Source: an uncultured bacterium (GTDB lineage: Bacteria; Oederibacteriota; JAAXVQ01; JAUVAV01). Taken from it: a DNA stretch of 64,000 nucleotides. Numbering within the stretch: position 1 is the first letter of the stretch; each line of letters opens with the position of its first letter. Below are positions 1 to 10,836 of this stretch, in pieces. The stretch lies in contig CAVQBK010000013.1 in NCBI GenBank assembly GCA_963710755.1, positions 320,001-384,000 on the forward strand. The letters run 5' to 3'. A program made the translations under genes and the position numbers. Below the pieces are notes generated by a model. It ran no database searches and was not told the DNA's origin. It worked only from the letters and a program-made list of their open reading frames with translations.

Positions 1-959
1 GCATAGCGCACGGCATCACTGGCCACTTCCGGGATGGAACCAATTCGGGTAGTAATGACCGGCACCCCCAGGCTGAAGGCTTGTAAAAGAGGAAACCCAA
101 ATCCTTCTGACTTGGAAGGATAAGCAAAGGCAGCGGCCGCCTGCATAACGGCACTTACGGTCTCTTCCGGCAGATAACCCAGGATATGGACCCGATCGTT
201 GAGATTGAGCTGGTTGATCAAGTTGGGAATGATCGTTTCCTCAACCCGTTCAAAACCCAGCAGTACCAGCGATTCCGCAGCCGCCCGGGGCAGGCGGGCA
301 AAAGCCCTCAATAAATTATCAATATTTTTACGGGCATCAAGCGCACCAAATGCCGCCACATAGGGTTTGGCTAATTTCAAGTCTTCCAGAATCCGTTTCA
401 AGACCGATTCCGGCTGAGGATTGCTGATCACGGGCGGACCATTGGGGATCACGGTTATTTTACCCCTGGAAAGATTCAGCTTTTTATGCAGATCCACGGC
501 TGACGCTTGGGAAACGGTAATGATTTGCCTGGCCTGTTTGGCAATTTTAGGAATGGTCCATTTATAATACCAGTGTCCTAAGAGCGGCCGGATTTTAAAA
601 GCCGTAATGGCTTCCCTGAAAGGACGCATAAAGATGGCATCATGGATGGTCACAACCAAAGGTATCTTGCACTGCCGGGGAGCACTGTTGGCCACACAGT
701 GCAATAAATCAGCGTGGGCCTGCAGGGCTAATTTCGGCAAAACTTTTTGTTCCCAAGTCGAGATATTGCCCGCTTCTCCCCAGACCCGTTGCAAACGGGC
801 CAGATCCTTCCAGGGATCTTCACCAAACCGCTGGTCCAGGGCCACGATCAGTTCAAACGGCGCGGAGGCTGCCAGTAAAGCTTGCACTATTTTTTTAACA
901 TAAATGCCCATACCCCGCGGCCGGTACTGCGCGGGGCGCCCGTCGATTAGAATACGCAT
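1..959 (-). CDS. Glycosyltransferase family 4 (GT-B), 3' end runs off the window
   Basis: Not in the ORF track because it is truncated. Reads from ATG at 959 as MRILIDGRPAQYRPRGMGIYV..., then VVTIHDAI, RKNIDNLL and FAYPSKSEGFGFPLLQAFSLGVPVITT, a typical GT4 signature. Confidence 0.85.
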   Translation of the reverse strand, partial: MRILIDGRPAQYRPRGMGIYVKKIVQALLAASAPFELIVALDQRFGEDPWKDLARLQRVWGEAGNISTWEQKVLPKLALQAHADLLHCVANSAPRQCKIPLVVTIHDAIFMRPFREAITAFKIRPLLGHWYYKWTIPKIAKQARQIITVSQASAVDLHKKLNLSRGKITVIPNGPPVISNPQPESVLKRILEDLKLAKPYVAAFGALDARKNIDNLLRAFARLPRAAAESLVLLGFERVEETIIPNLINQLNLNDRVHILGYLPEETVSAVMQAAAAFAYPSKSEGFGFPLLQAFSLGVPVITTRIGSIPEVASDAVRY

Positions 960-1005
960 GGACCTGGTTTCCTCCTGAAGTCATTACCCGTTTCAGTCGA
1001 TCAAT

Positions 1006-2160
1006 TTACCACAGTTTTTTAAAAATTCTAATATGTTGTTTGGCAATCGTTTCCCATACGAATTGCCCGGCCAGAGCTTTGGCGCCCTGAGACAATTTTT
1101 GACCTAAGGGCCGGTCATGGATCAGACGCTCAATGGCGCTATTCAGAACCTGCCGGTCATGGGGCGGCACGAGAAGCATGTTAACTTCATGGCGAAACCA
1201 GGACTGCCGCTGCTCCTCCTCCCATGGTTCCGTCGTGATCACAGGCAGCCCTTGTTGTAGACAGGCCATCAGGGAGCTTCGCTTCAAAGAGACGCCGTCT
1301 TCAAAAGGCAGCACGGCCATGTCGGCGCTGGCCAACAAACCGGCAACTTCCCGGGCCGGCCGGTTGCTCACGATGATGGTTCGTTCAACCAGGCGTGTCT
1401 GCTCAAGCCGATTCAAAACTTTTTTCTGATAGGGCTGTTCCGGTTTCAGCTCGGTTACCAGCAACAGTTTAAACGGCAGATAAGTCAACCCGGCCAGGCT
1501 ATCCACCAAAGCGAGGAGACCTTTGGGGGCATTGGCCATACCGAAAAAAACAATGACTTTTTCCTGTGGGGCCAGGCCCCATTGCCTGCGGTAACGGCTG
1601 CGATCCCTGGCAGGCGCCACCGGGATGCTGGACCCAATGGGAATGGTGGCCATAGGCAACGTCCAGGTCAATGGATCGGGAACATAGGCCCGGTCCTGGG
1701 GATCAACCAAAATCAATTGGGATGCAGCCTGGTAAAGCCAATGAAGTCTGAGCCTGGTCCAGGGTTTAAAATAACGCAACTCATGTAAGGTGGCCACTAA
1801 CGGCAGTTCGGGAAAATTGTTTTTGATCGCCCGGGGCAAATAGTTGATCGCCAGGGACCGGCCATAAGCCGCCGTAGGCCATTGCATTAATACAATATCG
1901 GGAGACAAGATACGAAGTTGATCGATAATTAATTTAATACTTCCCCAACGCCACTGCGGCACCATGGGGAGCACTTCCACCGGCCCGGGTAGGGCTTGAG
2001 CCGCGGTGGACGTAAGGACGCTTACTGTTACCGCCTGCCCTGCCAGATGCTGGCTGAGCATGGCCGTATAATCGCCCACCCCGCAGCGCATGGGCGGAAA
2101 AGTACCGGAAATGATGGCCACTTTTTTCTGGTTGGCCTTGGTGCCCGTGGTGCGTGTCAT
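1006..2160 (-). CDS. Glycosyltransferase family 4
   Basis: GTFPPMRCGVGDYT, ATLHE, FFGMANAPKG, ADMAVLPFEDG...GLPVITT motifs. Start could also be 2175. Confidence 0.85.
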   Translation of the reverse strand: MTRTTGTKANQKKVAIISGTFPPMRCGVGDYTAMLSQHLAGQAVTVSVLTSTAAQALPGPVEVLPMVPQWRWGSIKLIIDQLRILSPDIVLMQWPTAAYGRSLAINYLPRAIKNNFPELPLVATLHELRYFKPWTRLRLHWLYQAASQLILVDPQDRAYVPDPLTWTLPMATIPIGSSIPVAPARDRSRYRRQWGLAPQEKVIVFFGMANAPKGLLALVDSLAGLTYLPFKLLLVTELKPEQPYQKKVLNRLEQTRLVERTIIVSNRPAREVAGLLASADMAVLPFEDGVSLKRSSLMACLQQGLPVITTEPWEEEQRQSWFRHEVNMLLVPPHDRQVLNSAIERLIHDRPLGQKLSQGAKALAGQFVWETIAKQHIRIFKKLW

Positions 2161-2234
2161 AATCGTCGTAAGCACTCCTTATATATTGCCTGAAATAAAA
2201 AGGCCATCGCTATCATTTTATTATCGGCAAGCGC

Positions 2235-3365
2235 TCAGAATTTACCCAGCACTTGCCGGTAAATACCCAAATGTTCCTGCGCTAAAACACCCCAGTGGTG
2301 GCGCTCTACCCATTGGCCCACAGCATCCTGCAATTGCAGCCGCCGCTCCGGTCGGCTCAGTAATTCCTGCATAGCCTGGTGCAAGGCCTGGGCATGACCG
2401 CTTTTAAAAACCGCCAAACAAGGTAACTCGCGGTTAATAGCGGTAAAGTTATCCAGGTTGGAGGTTACACAAGCTTTACGATGACTCATGGCCAAAGACA
2501 AGGCATAAGAAGAAGTGCCGGCTGTATAGGGAAATAAACAAAGTTCCGCCTGGGCAATGAGCGCATGCAGCTGGTCCGCCTGCAGGTATCCCATAAGCAC
2601 GCAACGGTTGCCTAAGGCTTTGGCGCGCTGTGCCACTTGCCGGGCATACGCCAATTCGGAAGGATGATTTCCCGCGGCGCCGGCGATAACCAAGACCACA
2701 TTTTCCGGCAAGCCCGCCATGGCCTCGATGGCCAACAGATGCCCTTTGGAAGGCATTAAAAATCCATACTGTACCACCAGGCGTTTATTGGCCCACCCCG
2801 GGCCGGTTAATAAAGCGGATTCTTTTTGTACCGGAGGAGCCAGCTCCACGCCTTGAGGATAGTAGTGCACCTGTTTTTCATTTAACCCATGAGTTTGTAA
2901 ATAAGTTTTAAATCCAGGATGGTGAACAATCACCGCCCCGGCTGTTCTGAATTGTCCCCATTTTAAATAAGCCGCCCAACCCAAAACAGCCCAAATTTGG
3001 TCTTTGATCGCCCGTGCCTTTTTTTTCCACCAAGGCCCGCCCCTAAAAGGCTGCCACCAGGTATGGGCGGTAATGACCAGAGGTTTCTGCAAGCGCGAAC
3101 GAAAAGTCCACCACTGGGACTGGCCTAAACTCAGGCCGCCAAAAAAAGCATATTCATGCTGCACGTGCACCACGTCAGCTTCATTGGCCGCTTCGGCCAG
3201 GGCTTTATAATAGGCCCTCTGCGGTGTATTTCTTTTCAAGGCCACAATCTTGATGTCCACTTGTTTTTCCAGTTCATGCACCAAGGCATGAGCATAGTCA
3301 GCAATGCCACCAGGTTCATCCCAAGTGGTTACCATAGCTACCGTGAAGGTTGAAGAGGTGCTCAT
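2235..3365 (-). CDS. Glycosyltransferase family 4
   Basis: TTWDEPGGIADY, DVVHVQHEY, YGFLMPSKG, LFPY motifs. Confidence 0.85.
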   Translation of the reverse strand: MSTSSTFTVAMVTTWDEPGGIADYAHALVHELEKQVDIKIVALKRNTPQRAYYKALAEAANEADVVHVQHEYAFFGGLSLGQSQWWTFRSRLQKPLVITAHTWWQPFRGGPWWKKKARAIKDQIWAVLGWAAYLKWGQFRTAGAVIVHHPGFKTYLQTHGLNEKQVHYYPQGVELAPPVQKESALLTGPGWANKRLVVQYGFLMPSKGHLLAIEAMAGLPENVVLVIAGAAGNHPSELAYARQVAQRAKALGNRCVLMGYLQADQLHALIAQAELCLFPYTAGTSSYALSLAMSHRKACVTSNLDNFTAINRELPCLAVFKSGHAQALHQAMQELLSRPERRLQLQDAVGQWVERHHWGVLAQEHLGIYRQVLGKF

Positions 3366-4297
3366 GGCCGGCTCCGTTTACCCCAAGAGCTAAGCGCCAG
3401 GGTAAGCATAAAGCCATAGTGCCCAAAACCCCTGCGCGGTTTAAAGATTATCAAGCAAATAAGTAAGCCGATCATCCCGGCCAACGCCATAAAAAGACGA
3501 TAGCATCCTTGCTGCCACCAGGAAAAATGCTTCCGGCAATAGAGGCTTTGACTGGTAAAAAAGATCTGGTCGCTGGCGGTTTTTATTTGAGCCATGCTAT
3601 GCCCCCATTGATGCACGACTTTGGCGTCAGGCCAATAAAGCACACGCCCGCCCTTTTGAGCCAGCCGTTGAAACCAATCGGTTTCCTCAAAATAGAGAAA
3701 AAAGCGCTCATCCAACACCCCATTCTGCTGAAAGGCTGCGGCGCGGGCCAGAAAACAAGCTCCTGACACTTCGGCCACCACAGCACTTCGAGTAAAATCA
3801 GTGCGGCCAAAAATCCGTTTTATCATCCAGCTTGAGTTTTTCCATGCCCTCGGCAGACCATGCTCAGCCACCATACCGGCCAAACTGGGTAACCGCCGGC
3901 CCGAAGGTTGAAGGGTGCCATTGTCATGAAGCAGTTGCGGGCCCACCACATCAATATCAGCGTGCCTATCCAAAGCCTTCGCCATTTCCTGAAGGGCATT
4001 CTCCTGAAGCCAGGCATCGGGATTGAGCAGCAGGATATAATCACCTTCACTTTGGGCGAGCCCTTGATTGACCGCAGCAGCGAAACCCCGGTTTCGGCTG
4101 TTTTTAATCAGCGTCAACGGCAAAGGTTGAGCTTCGATTTTTTTGATTGTGTTATCAGAAGAATGGTTATCCACCACAATGATTTTTCTAACCAGGCCTT
4201 TTTGAGTCAGCCCGATGCTTTCCAGACAGGATCCGACAGTCTGCTCATTGTTCCACGTAACAATGATGATGGTCATACTCTTTTGGTTATCGTTCAT
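3362..4297 (-). CDS. Glycosyltransferase family 2 (WbbL-like)
   Basis: IIIVTWN, VVDNHSSD, NRGFAAAVNQG, LLLNPD, VSGACFL, LDERFFLYFEETDW. The ATG at 4297 overlaps the TGA of the upstream gene (ATGA). Confidence 0.85.
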   Translation of the reverse strand: MNDNQKSMTIIIVTWNNEQTVGSCLESIGLTQKGLVRKIIVVDNHSSDNTIKKIEAQPLPLTLIKNSRNRGFAAAVNQGLAQSEGDYILLLNPDAWLQENALQEMAKALDRHADIDVVGPQLLHDNGTLQPSGRRLPSLAGMVAEHGLPRAWKNSSWMIKRIFGRTDFTRSAVVAEVSGACFLARAAAFQQNGVLDERFFLYFEETDWFQRLAQKGGRVLYWPDAKVVHQWGHSMAQIKTASDQIFFTSQSLYCRKHFSWWQQGCYRLFMALAGMIGLLICLIIFKPRRGFGHYGFMLTLALSSWGKRSRP

Positions 4298-5320
4298 CGT
4301 TTGGAATGAAACTCCCATGTTCTTAGTCCGGTCAGCCAACACCAGGCCAGCGCCAGGTGGTTAAGCCAGCGTCCGGCCCAACCTGAATAATTGGTGATCC
4401 TGCCGGACATCCAGCGGATTATTTCTTCGTCAGGTACTTTTCGCCAAGCTTGCACTGCGGCCCGCTTTTTGCCGAATCAACTCCCGATGACCGTGAGCCA
4501 GGATCGGGCTTGCCGAGTCGGTGCCGGGGAGCGATGCTTCAGCCGGTCCGTCCATGCTTCCGCCCCAGCCGTGAGCAGCAGCAATGGCACAGTTTGCGCC
4601 GGTAGGAAGAGAATAAAAAGTAAGTCGGTTTAATCGCCGGTTGCGCTCCATAAAATAGCGATTCCGCTCTCCTCTGGTTTTGAGCGTGGCTTCCCCCAGA
4701 TGCAACACCGTCACTTCCGGCACCCGTTGTACACCAAGCCCCATCAATCTGGCCTTCCACGACAGAAATACATCTTCATGGAAAAACTGGTAATCCGCGT
4801 CAAAGGGCAAGCCCAGACGGCTGCGGTCAAAAAGCACGGCACAGCCGCTGATGCCAAAAGCCAGGGTAGGATCACGGAAGACGTTCTGGATCATGGCCCC
4901 TGTCAAACTCATGGTGCCGTTTCGCGGATAGCGGTCCATATCCATGTTAAGATTTTTAATAGCCGGTCCCAGCACAGCGATGTCGGGATTTTCCAATGCT
5001 TTCCTGATCAGGACCGTCACTGTGGATGGCGGCAATTGAATATCATTATTCAGTAATAAAATCCAGTCATACTGTGCTTTGGCCACAGCGGCATTGTTGG
5101 CACCGGCATAGCCTTTGTTTTCCGGCAAGACGATCAGTTTAATTTGCGGGTAGTGTTGCGTGATCTTTTCTGCCGACTCATCGGTGGAAGCGTCATCAAC
5201 CACCATAATCTCCAGGGGGGTATAGGTCTGATGCACCACCGTGGGCAGCGCCTGCTCTAACAGGGCCCAGCCATTGTAATTGGAAAGGATCACCGATACC
5301 CCCGGTGCGCTTGTGGTCAT
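4294..5320 (-). CDS. Glycosyltransferase family 2, C-terminal part frameshifted
   Basis: VSVILSNYNG, VVDDASTD, NKGYAGANN, LLNND, EDV. After about 4600 the sensible text continues in other frames (TVPLLLLTAGAEAW...; VQAWRKVPDEEIIRWMSG...WEFHSKR*), ending at 4294 with an ATGA overlap. Confidence 0.75.
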
Positions 5321-5339
5321 GAATCCCCCGGCCTCCCGC

Positions 5340-6804
5340 TTATTCCGTCACTTTCATTTTGCCCTGGGAATTGGGTTTGATGATACGGCCAAACAATTCC
5401 CGGTCAATCTCGTCAAACCCGCCCAGGAGTAAAGGCCCACACTGTACACCAGGGCTCCCAAAACAATTTGAAATCCTAAATCCCAGGTCTTTATAAAATA
5501 CAGCACAGTGACCATCACCAATCCCGCCAAGGCAGGCTTCACGAAATAACGAAGTAGTTTTAAATTCAAGGCCAATGGTTTGGCCAACACCACAACATAC
5601 AAGATAATGTTGATGATCTCAGACGCCAATGTAACCCAGGCGGCGCCCAAAGCACCGTAAGTGGGTATGAAAATGGCATTAAGCCCAAGGTTGAACAGCA
5701 TCATCACCAAAGTAAAGACCGTCACCACCCTTTGCTTTTCCATGACAATCAAATAAGGGACGCTCACGGCATTGAGCGCAATGATCAAGAGAGACCACAT
5801 CAGCACGGATAAGAGTTGCACACTTTGAACATAAGCCAGTCCATAAAGCACGCGGATTAATTTCGGCCCCAGCATGGTTACCCCCAGAGCCATGGGCAAA
5901 GCCATAATCCACATATACTTGAGGGACCGTCGGTAGATAAGCAAAAACCGCTGGGTATTGGCTTTAAAGCTGGAAGCAATGACCGGAAAAATAGCCCCGC
6001 CGTAATAAGCCGGAAAGATAAGCGTGAATTCCAGTAAACGATAAGCAGCGTTGTAAATGCCGACCGAGGTCTGGTTTTTCATCATGCCCAACATGACCGT
6101 ATCCACCCGGAAATAAACCACCGAGAAAAGATTGGCCAAGGCAAGGGGATAGGCTTTTTTTAACAATGATTTGGAAAAAGCCCAATCCAAAGAAAAAGAC
6201 GGACGGATAAATTGGCGCAGGGTAAAAAAGATAATTACAAATTGCAGCGCCGAAATAGCCGAATGGATCCAAATCAAAATATCCACGCCCGCGCCACCAG
6301 CCAAAGCACCCAAAGACGTGGTAATGCGCAGCGTGGTGGCAATAACCGCGATGGTTGCAGGAATCTCCATGCGTTGGTGGGCGTTGAAGAGTGCGCTGCA
6401 GCTGTCCAATTGCTGTTGAAAAACAGGGACAAGGCCACAATGGCCGAGAGCTGCAGGATAAGCGGAGGCTGCCTCAGCGCCCAGACGGCACGGATAAGTC
6501 CTATAGCTGCGATGAGGAAAGACAAAAAACGCAAAATTAAGGTGTGCCCCAGATAAACCGACTCCCGGCTGCTGTCCTGGGCCACGTCCCGGGTGGTAAT
6601 GGTACCCAACCCAAAGTCAGTAACAATAAAAAAATAGCGTATAAGGAGAGTACGTAGGAATAAGTACCGAACCCATCGGGCCCAATTGCCGGGCCGCATA
6701 AATCACCAGCAATACGCCCAGCAGTTTGTTGATGATCCCGCGATTAGTTGGACCAGGGAATTTTTGGCGATTTTAGCCGTTGGATTAAGTTCTGCCATGA
6801 TCAT
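5340..6804 (-). CDS. Wzx/RfbX-type polysaccharide flippase, several frameshifts
   Basis: Pieces in different frames: MIMAELNPTAKIAKNSLVQL; DFGLGTITTRDVAQD; KKAYPLALANLFSVVYFRVDTVML...VGIYNAAYRL; and C-terminus LLGGFDEIDRELFGRII...VTE* ending at 5340. Confidence 0.8.
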
Positions 6805-6898
6805 GGCCTCTTTCTCAACTGTGTCCAAAATAGCATTAACAAGCCTCTGCAATGGAGATCACTTTACTCGAAATCATACATTGGCGCAAGCAAGAGCG

Positions 6899-8924
6899 CT
6901 ATGGTTTTAAAAATTCATTACCCCGTTTTCCGCTAAACCCCTTCGACCGGTCTTGGCCATGGTTATGGCCGTAAAGGCTGTTGAAGACCAGTCCGCCCCT
7001 ATAAGGGGCTTTCCGGTCATTAGCAAAGTGAAGCCGAAACACTTTGACCGGTCCGTCGGCAAACACGGCTTGCCCATACTTGGCCAACATCTTTTTCATC
7101 AGGGTTTTTACCGGCGCACTATAATAACTCTCCTGGTACAAGTCCTCCCGGTACAGGACCCAGGTGATGCCCTGCTTTTCCAGTGCTTGAGCCAGGCCCA
7201 TGGGGGACTTCAGCCTTCTATAATCAATGACCTGCTGGAGCATGGGGTCTCCCCACCTATAGGCAGGGGTTAGATAAAATCCGCGGTTTTCCCCAAAGAG
7301 CAGCACCATTTCACCGTGCGTCACGACCCGATTTAGAACCAGGCAGGCACGGTAATGTTTCAAATTGGCGGCACAGTACTGTTGGGGCGGCTCCAGGCCC
7401 AGCAGGACCTTCATTTGCTCCCCCGTATTGTGATGAAAAGGCGGATGGATGGTCACCAGCAGCAGCGCCACGGCCACGGCGGACAACCGGTAATTTTATT
7501 TTTAGTCGCCCAAAGATGTTTTAATCCCAAGGTCATGCCCACAGCCCAGAGTGGCAGCAGCGGAAGTAAAAACCTGAATTGAGGTGACGTAAAATGCCAA
7601 AACACGACATAACCTAAAGCTAACAGAATCATGGCTCCACCCAGTTTGAGATTGCAGGGCGCTGTTCTCCTGTTTTTGTTATCTTGTGGAAAATAAGCAG
7701 GCCCAGCAGCACTACACTGGCTGACAGAGGCCATTTAAATTCTTTGGCCCCCACACTAAAAGCCTCGCCATGAGCCCACATATCATAAGGCAGGCGCCAT
7801 AATCCGCTCCAGCCATGCTTCCAGCCTGCGTAGGTATTGTGCAGGTAGACCAGTTGTTTGGCCAGGCCTGCATCCCAGTTTAAGCCGCCGAACCAATGAT
7901 AAGCCAGAGGCCAGACCGGGTTACCGGCCATGGTCAGATTACGCACCATATAAGGCACAACCGGCAGGAGCCCAACCACACCCATCAGCATGGGCCGCCA
8001 CCAGTCCTGCCGCCATTTAAAAGACGGCCGGTAAAGAACCAGGGTAAACACTATGGCCAGCCAGCCCAGGGCCAGGATAACCGCCCCATGCCATTTAATG
8101 GCTGCCGTGATCCCAAAAAACATTATGGCCAAAAGAGGCCAGAGATTTTCCTGAGGTTGTTGTTTAACCTTCATCAAGGTCAGCATGCCCAAGAGCGCAA
8201 AAAAAGTATATCCCAGCTCGATAAAACTGGTCCCTGATTCCATATGGACAATGTATTGCATGTAAAACAAGAGCATGCCCACCATGGCCCACCGGGCGTG
8301 TGCGGATATTTTTCTTATTAATACAAATACTGCCAAGGCCGAGACTACCCCGAATTCAAAGTGAATTATTTTAGCGGCCTGTCCAAAAGGCGTGAGCAAA
8401 CCAAAGCTATAAAGCATCTCCATGAATTGAGGAAATAAGTTGTGGAAAATATCAGGCCGGAACACAAAACCATGATGTTGCATATAGAGCTTGGGAAGAG
8501 CCAAATGATAAGCCAGACCATCCCAATCCACGGAAGGCATTAAAGCCGGCAATAAATTAAACGCCATCATTATTAGGAACAACCACACGCCCCACCAAAT
8601 CTGTGGCCATAGCAAATCCAAACGGTTCCCCCAGCAGCTCAACTCGCGACGGTGACGCCATAGCAACCAAGCACCCGCCATCAAGGCCAACCCGCCTATC
8701 ACCATCAGGCTCGCCTGCGTAAACTGCCGGGCTGCCATCACCCCAAAGATCAGGTAAGACATCAGGCTTGAGCCAATACCCAACCCCAGCAACCATGTTT
8801 CCAGAGTCAACGGGCAGTCCCGCCGAAAAGCTCTCAGCAGTCTCCACCCGATCAAGCCACAAGCCATCATTATGCTTTCCACGGCTGCAATCGTCACCAT
8901 GGCATGTACTAAATAGTTGAACAA
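6899..8924 (-). CDS. Polytopic membrane protein, GT-C fold-like (DUF1420/ArnT-like), split by 2 frameshifts
   Basis: DWDGLAYHLALPKLY loop after the TM helices, RNLTMAGNPVWP, then SPQFRFLLP (ORF 7453-7734) and a periplasmic tail (ORF 6899-7486). TTG start 7 nt after AGGAGA. Confidence 0.65.
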
Positions 8925-9004
8925 GGGTCATTCTCCTATGGCGGTTAAATCCATGGTACTTTTATGGACCGGTAGCAGTAACCCCTCGGGCCGACTACAC
9001 GAAC

Positions 9005-10803
9005 CTAACGCTCATCTGCTTTAAGAGCAGCTAACATGCCTGTCGTGATAACCGTCAACATCGCCAAACTCCAAACCAACTCCCCGCTGGTCATACCGTC
9101 AGCCAAACTCGGAAATACACTGGGACTAAAGCCAAACAGATGATACAGTTTTATTTTGGGTGACAAGTACCGTAGCTCCGGCCAGGCATTGCACAACCAT
9201 ACCTGCATCATGGTCCAGGCCGTCAAGGTCAGCGCCAGAGCTTGTTTCCAGCCCCCTGCCCGCCACCACCCAAACACCCCCACAGCGGCTGGAATAAGCA
9301 GCATCAGCGCAGCCGGTAAAAAATGCCTGGAGCTTACAGCCGCGCTACCGGTGAAATCATCAAAAAGACTGTACAATACAAACTCGATCACCCCCACGGC
9401 CAGGATAATCCAAAAAGCCGATGGTCTGAAAACCTTTAGCCGCTTAAGCCCCACCCCGGCCAGCACCATCATGGGCGCCGAAGAGAACAGGCCAAAATCA
9501 CGATCCACCAGCAGGCCCAGGCATTGCCCAGACCGCGCCAGGAAAACAAGGATGAAAAGAGCCATATGGATTTTGACTCACCGTCAGGCCGTAGAAGTGC
9601 TGGTAAAAAATCAGTGTAGGCCGCGGCCGTAAGCACGGTCGGCGCCATCATGATGACCAATTGCCAAGGGTGCTTTCTCAGGCTCACCACCAGCAAGATC
9701 CCCAGTACCAAAGACAAAGGGATGTACTTGGGATAAAACCACGGCAGCAGACAAGCTGCGGCCAGCAGCAGCCAGGACCACCTCCCCCGGCCTTTATAAA
9801 AAGCCAGCAAGCCGGTTAAAAAAACCGCCATGGCCGGCAGCTCCGTAAAAACCAGGTCAAAATAAATGCCTAGGGGCACGGTCACCAGGGCCAGCAGCCA
9901 GACCCAATCCCCTGCCACTTGGTCTTTGAGCCACATGATGGTCAGGGCACGCAACAGCAGGGCGATCAAGGAAGCGCTGGCCATGATCATCAGCACTGCC
10001 CCAAAACGGCCGAACAGCGCAACTAAGGGTGCTGCCAGAAAGGATAAAAGCGGAAAATGCTTGGAGATTAATTGACCGTTGGGGGTGGGCGTGTGATGAA
10101 AGTCCAGCTGCCGAACCGGATAAAATTGGCGGTAACTGTGCTGGGCCATTTGATTGCGTAAATCGAGATCATGGTCAGACCACAGACTCTGGCTGATCAT
10201 TAAGTAATGCGGCTCATCCCCGGTAGGCGGATAAACCGTGGTGGTCCACAAGCCCATCGCTAAATAAACCAGCAAGCCTGCTGCGAAAAACCATAACGCC
10301 TTGTGGGAACGCGACCGGCTGGTACCGACTAAACGGCTGCTCATGACCAACCCAAACCCAAGCAGTACCAGTCCGATCCAACTGGGACCAATCCAAAGCA
10401 ACGCTGAATAGACGGCCGAAGACAAATGAATCATGGTAAAGGTTAAGGGAATGGAAAGGTAACCCAGCACCTGCAGCGATAAGTTCTGCCCAAAAGTCAG
10501 TATCTTGGGCATGAGCACTATCCCCAAGGCAGGCCACAGCATCAGCCCATAAATCAATCCCAAGAGCGTCTTTTGGACTGTGGAAGATAAGGGCAACCGA
10601 TGCAGGGAATCCCGGACCAAAGCAAGATAGACCGCCATAAGTAGGGCAAGAAAAACCGCCGATACGATGGCCCAAAAGGTGATCAAGCTAAAATTCAGTG
10701 TGCGGTTGGCCTGCATCAGCCATGAGGCGAAAAACCCTGCCCAAACACAGCCTCCCAGGAGAGCAACCCACTGCTGCTTTAAATAGATAATTATTTTCAT
10801 CAT
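9005..10803 (-). CDS. GT-C-like (PMT/ArnT-like) membrane glycosyltransferase, frameshifted near 9550-9620
   Basis: TGDEPHYLMISQSLWSDHDLDLRN motif, LLPWFYPKY, continuing as GLLVDRDFGLFSSAP and SSRHFLP in ORF 9005-9565. Confidence 0.7.
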
Positions 10804-10836
10804 GGTTGCGAGGCGGAAAAGAACACGGCCATGCGA

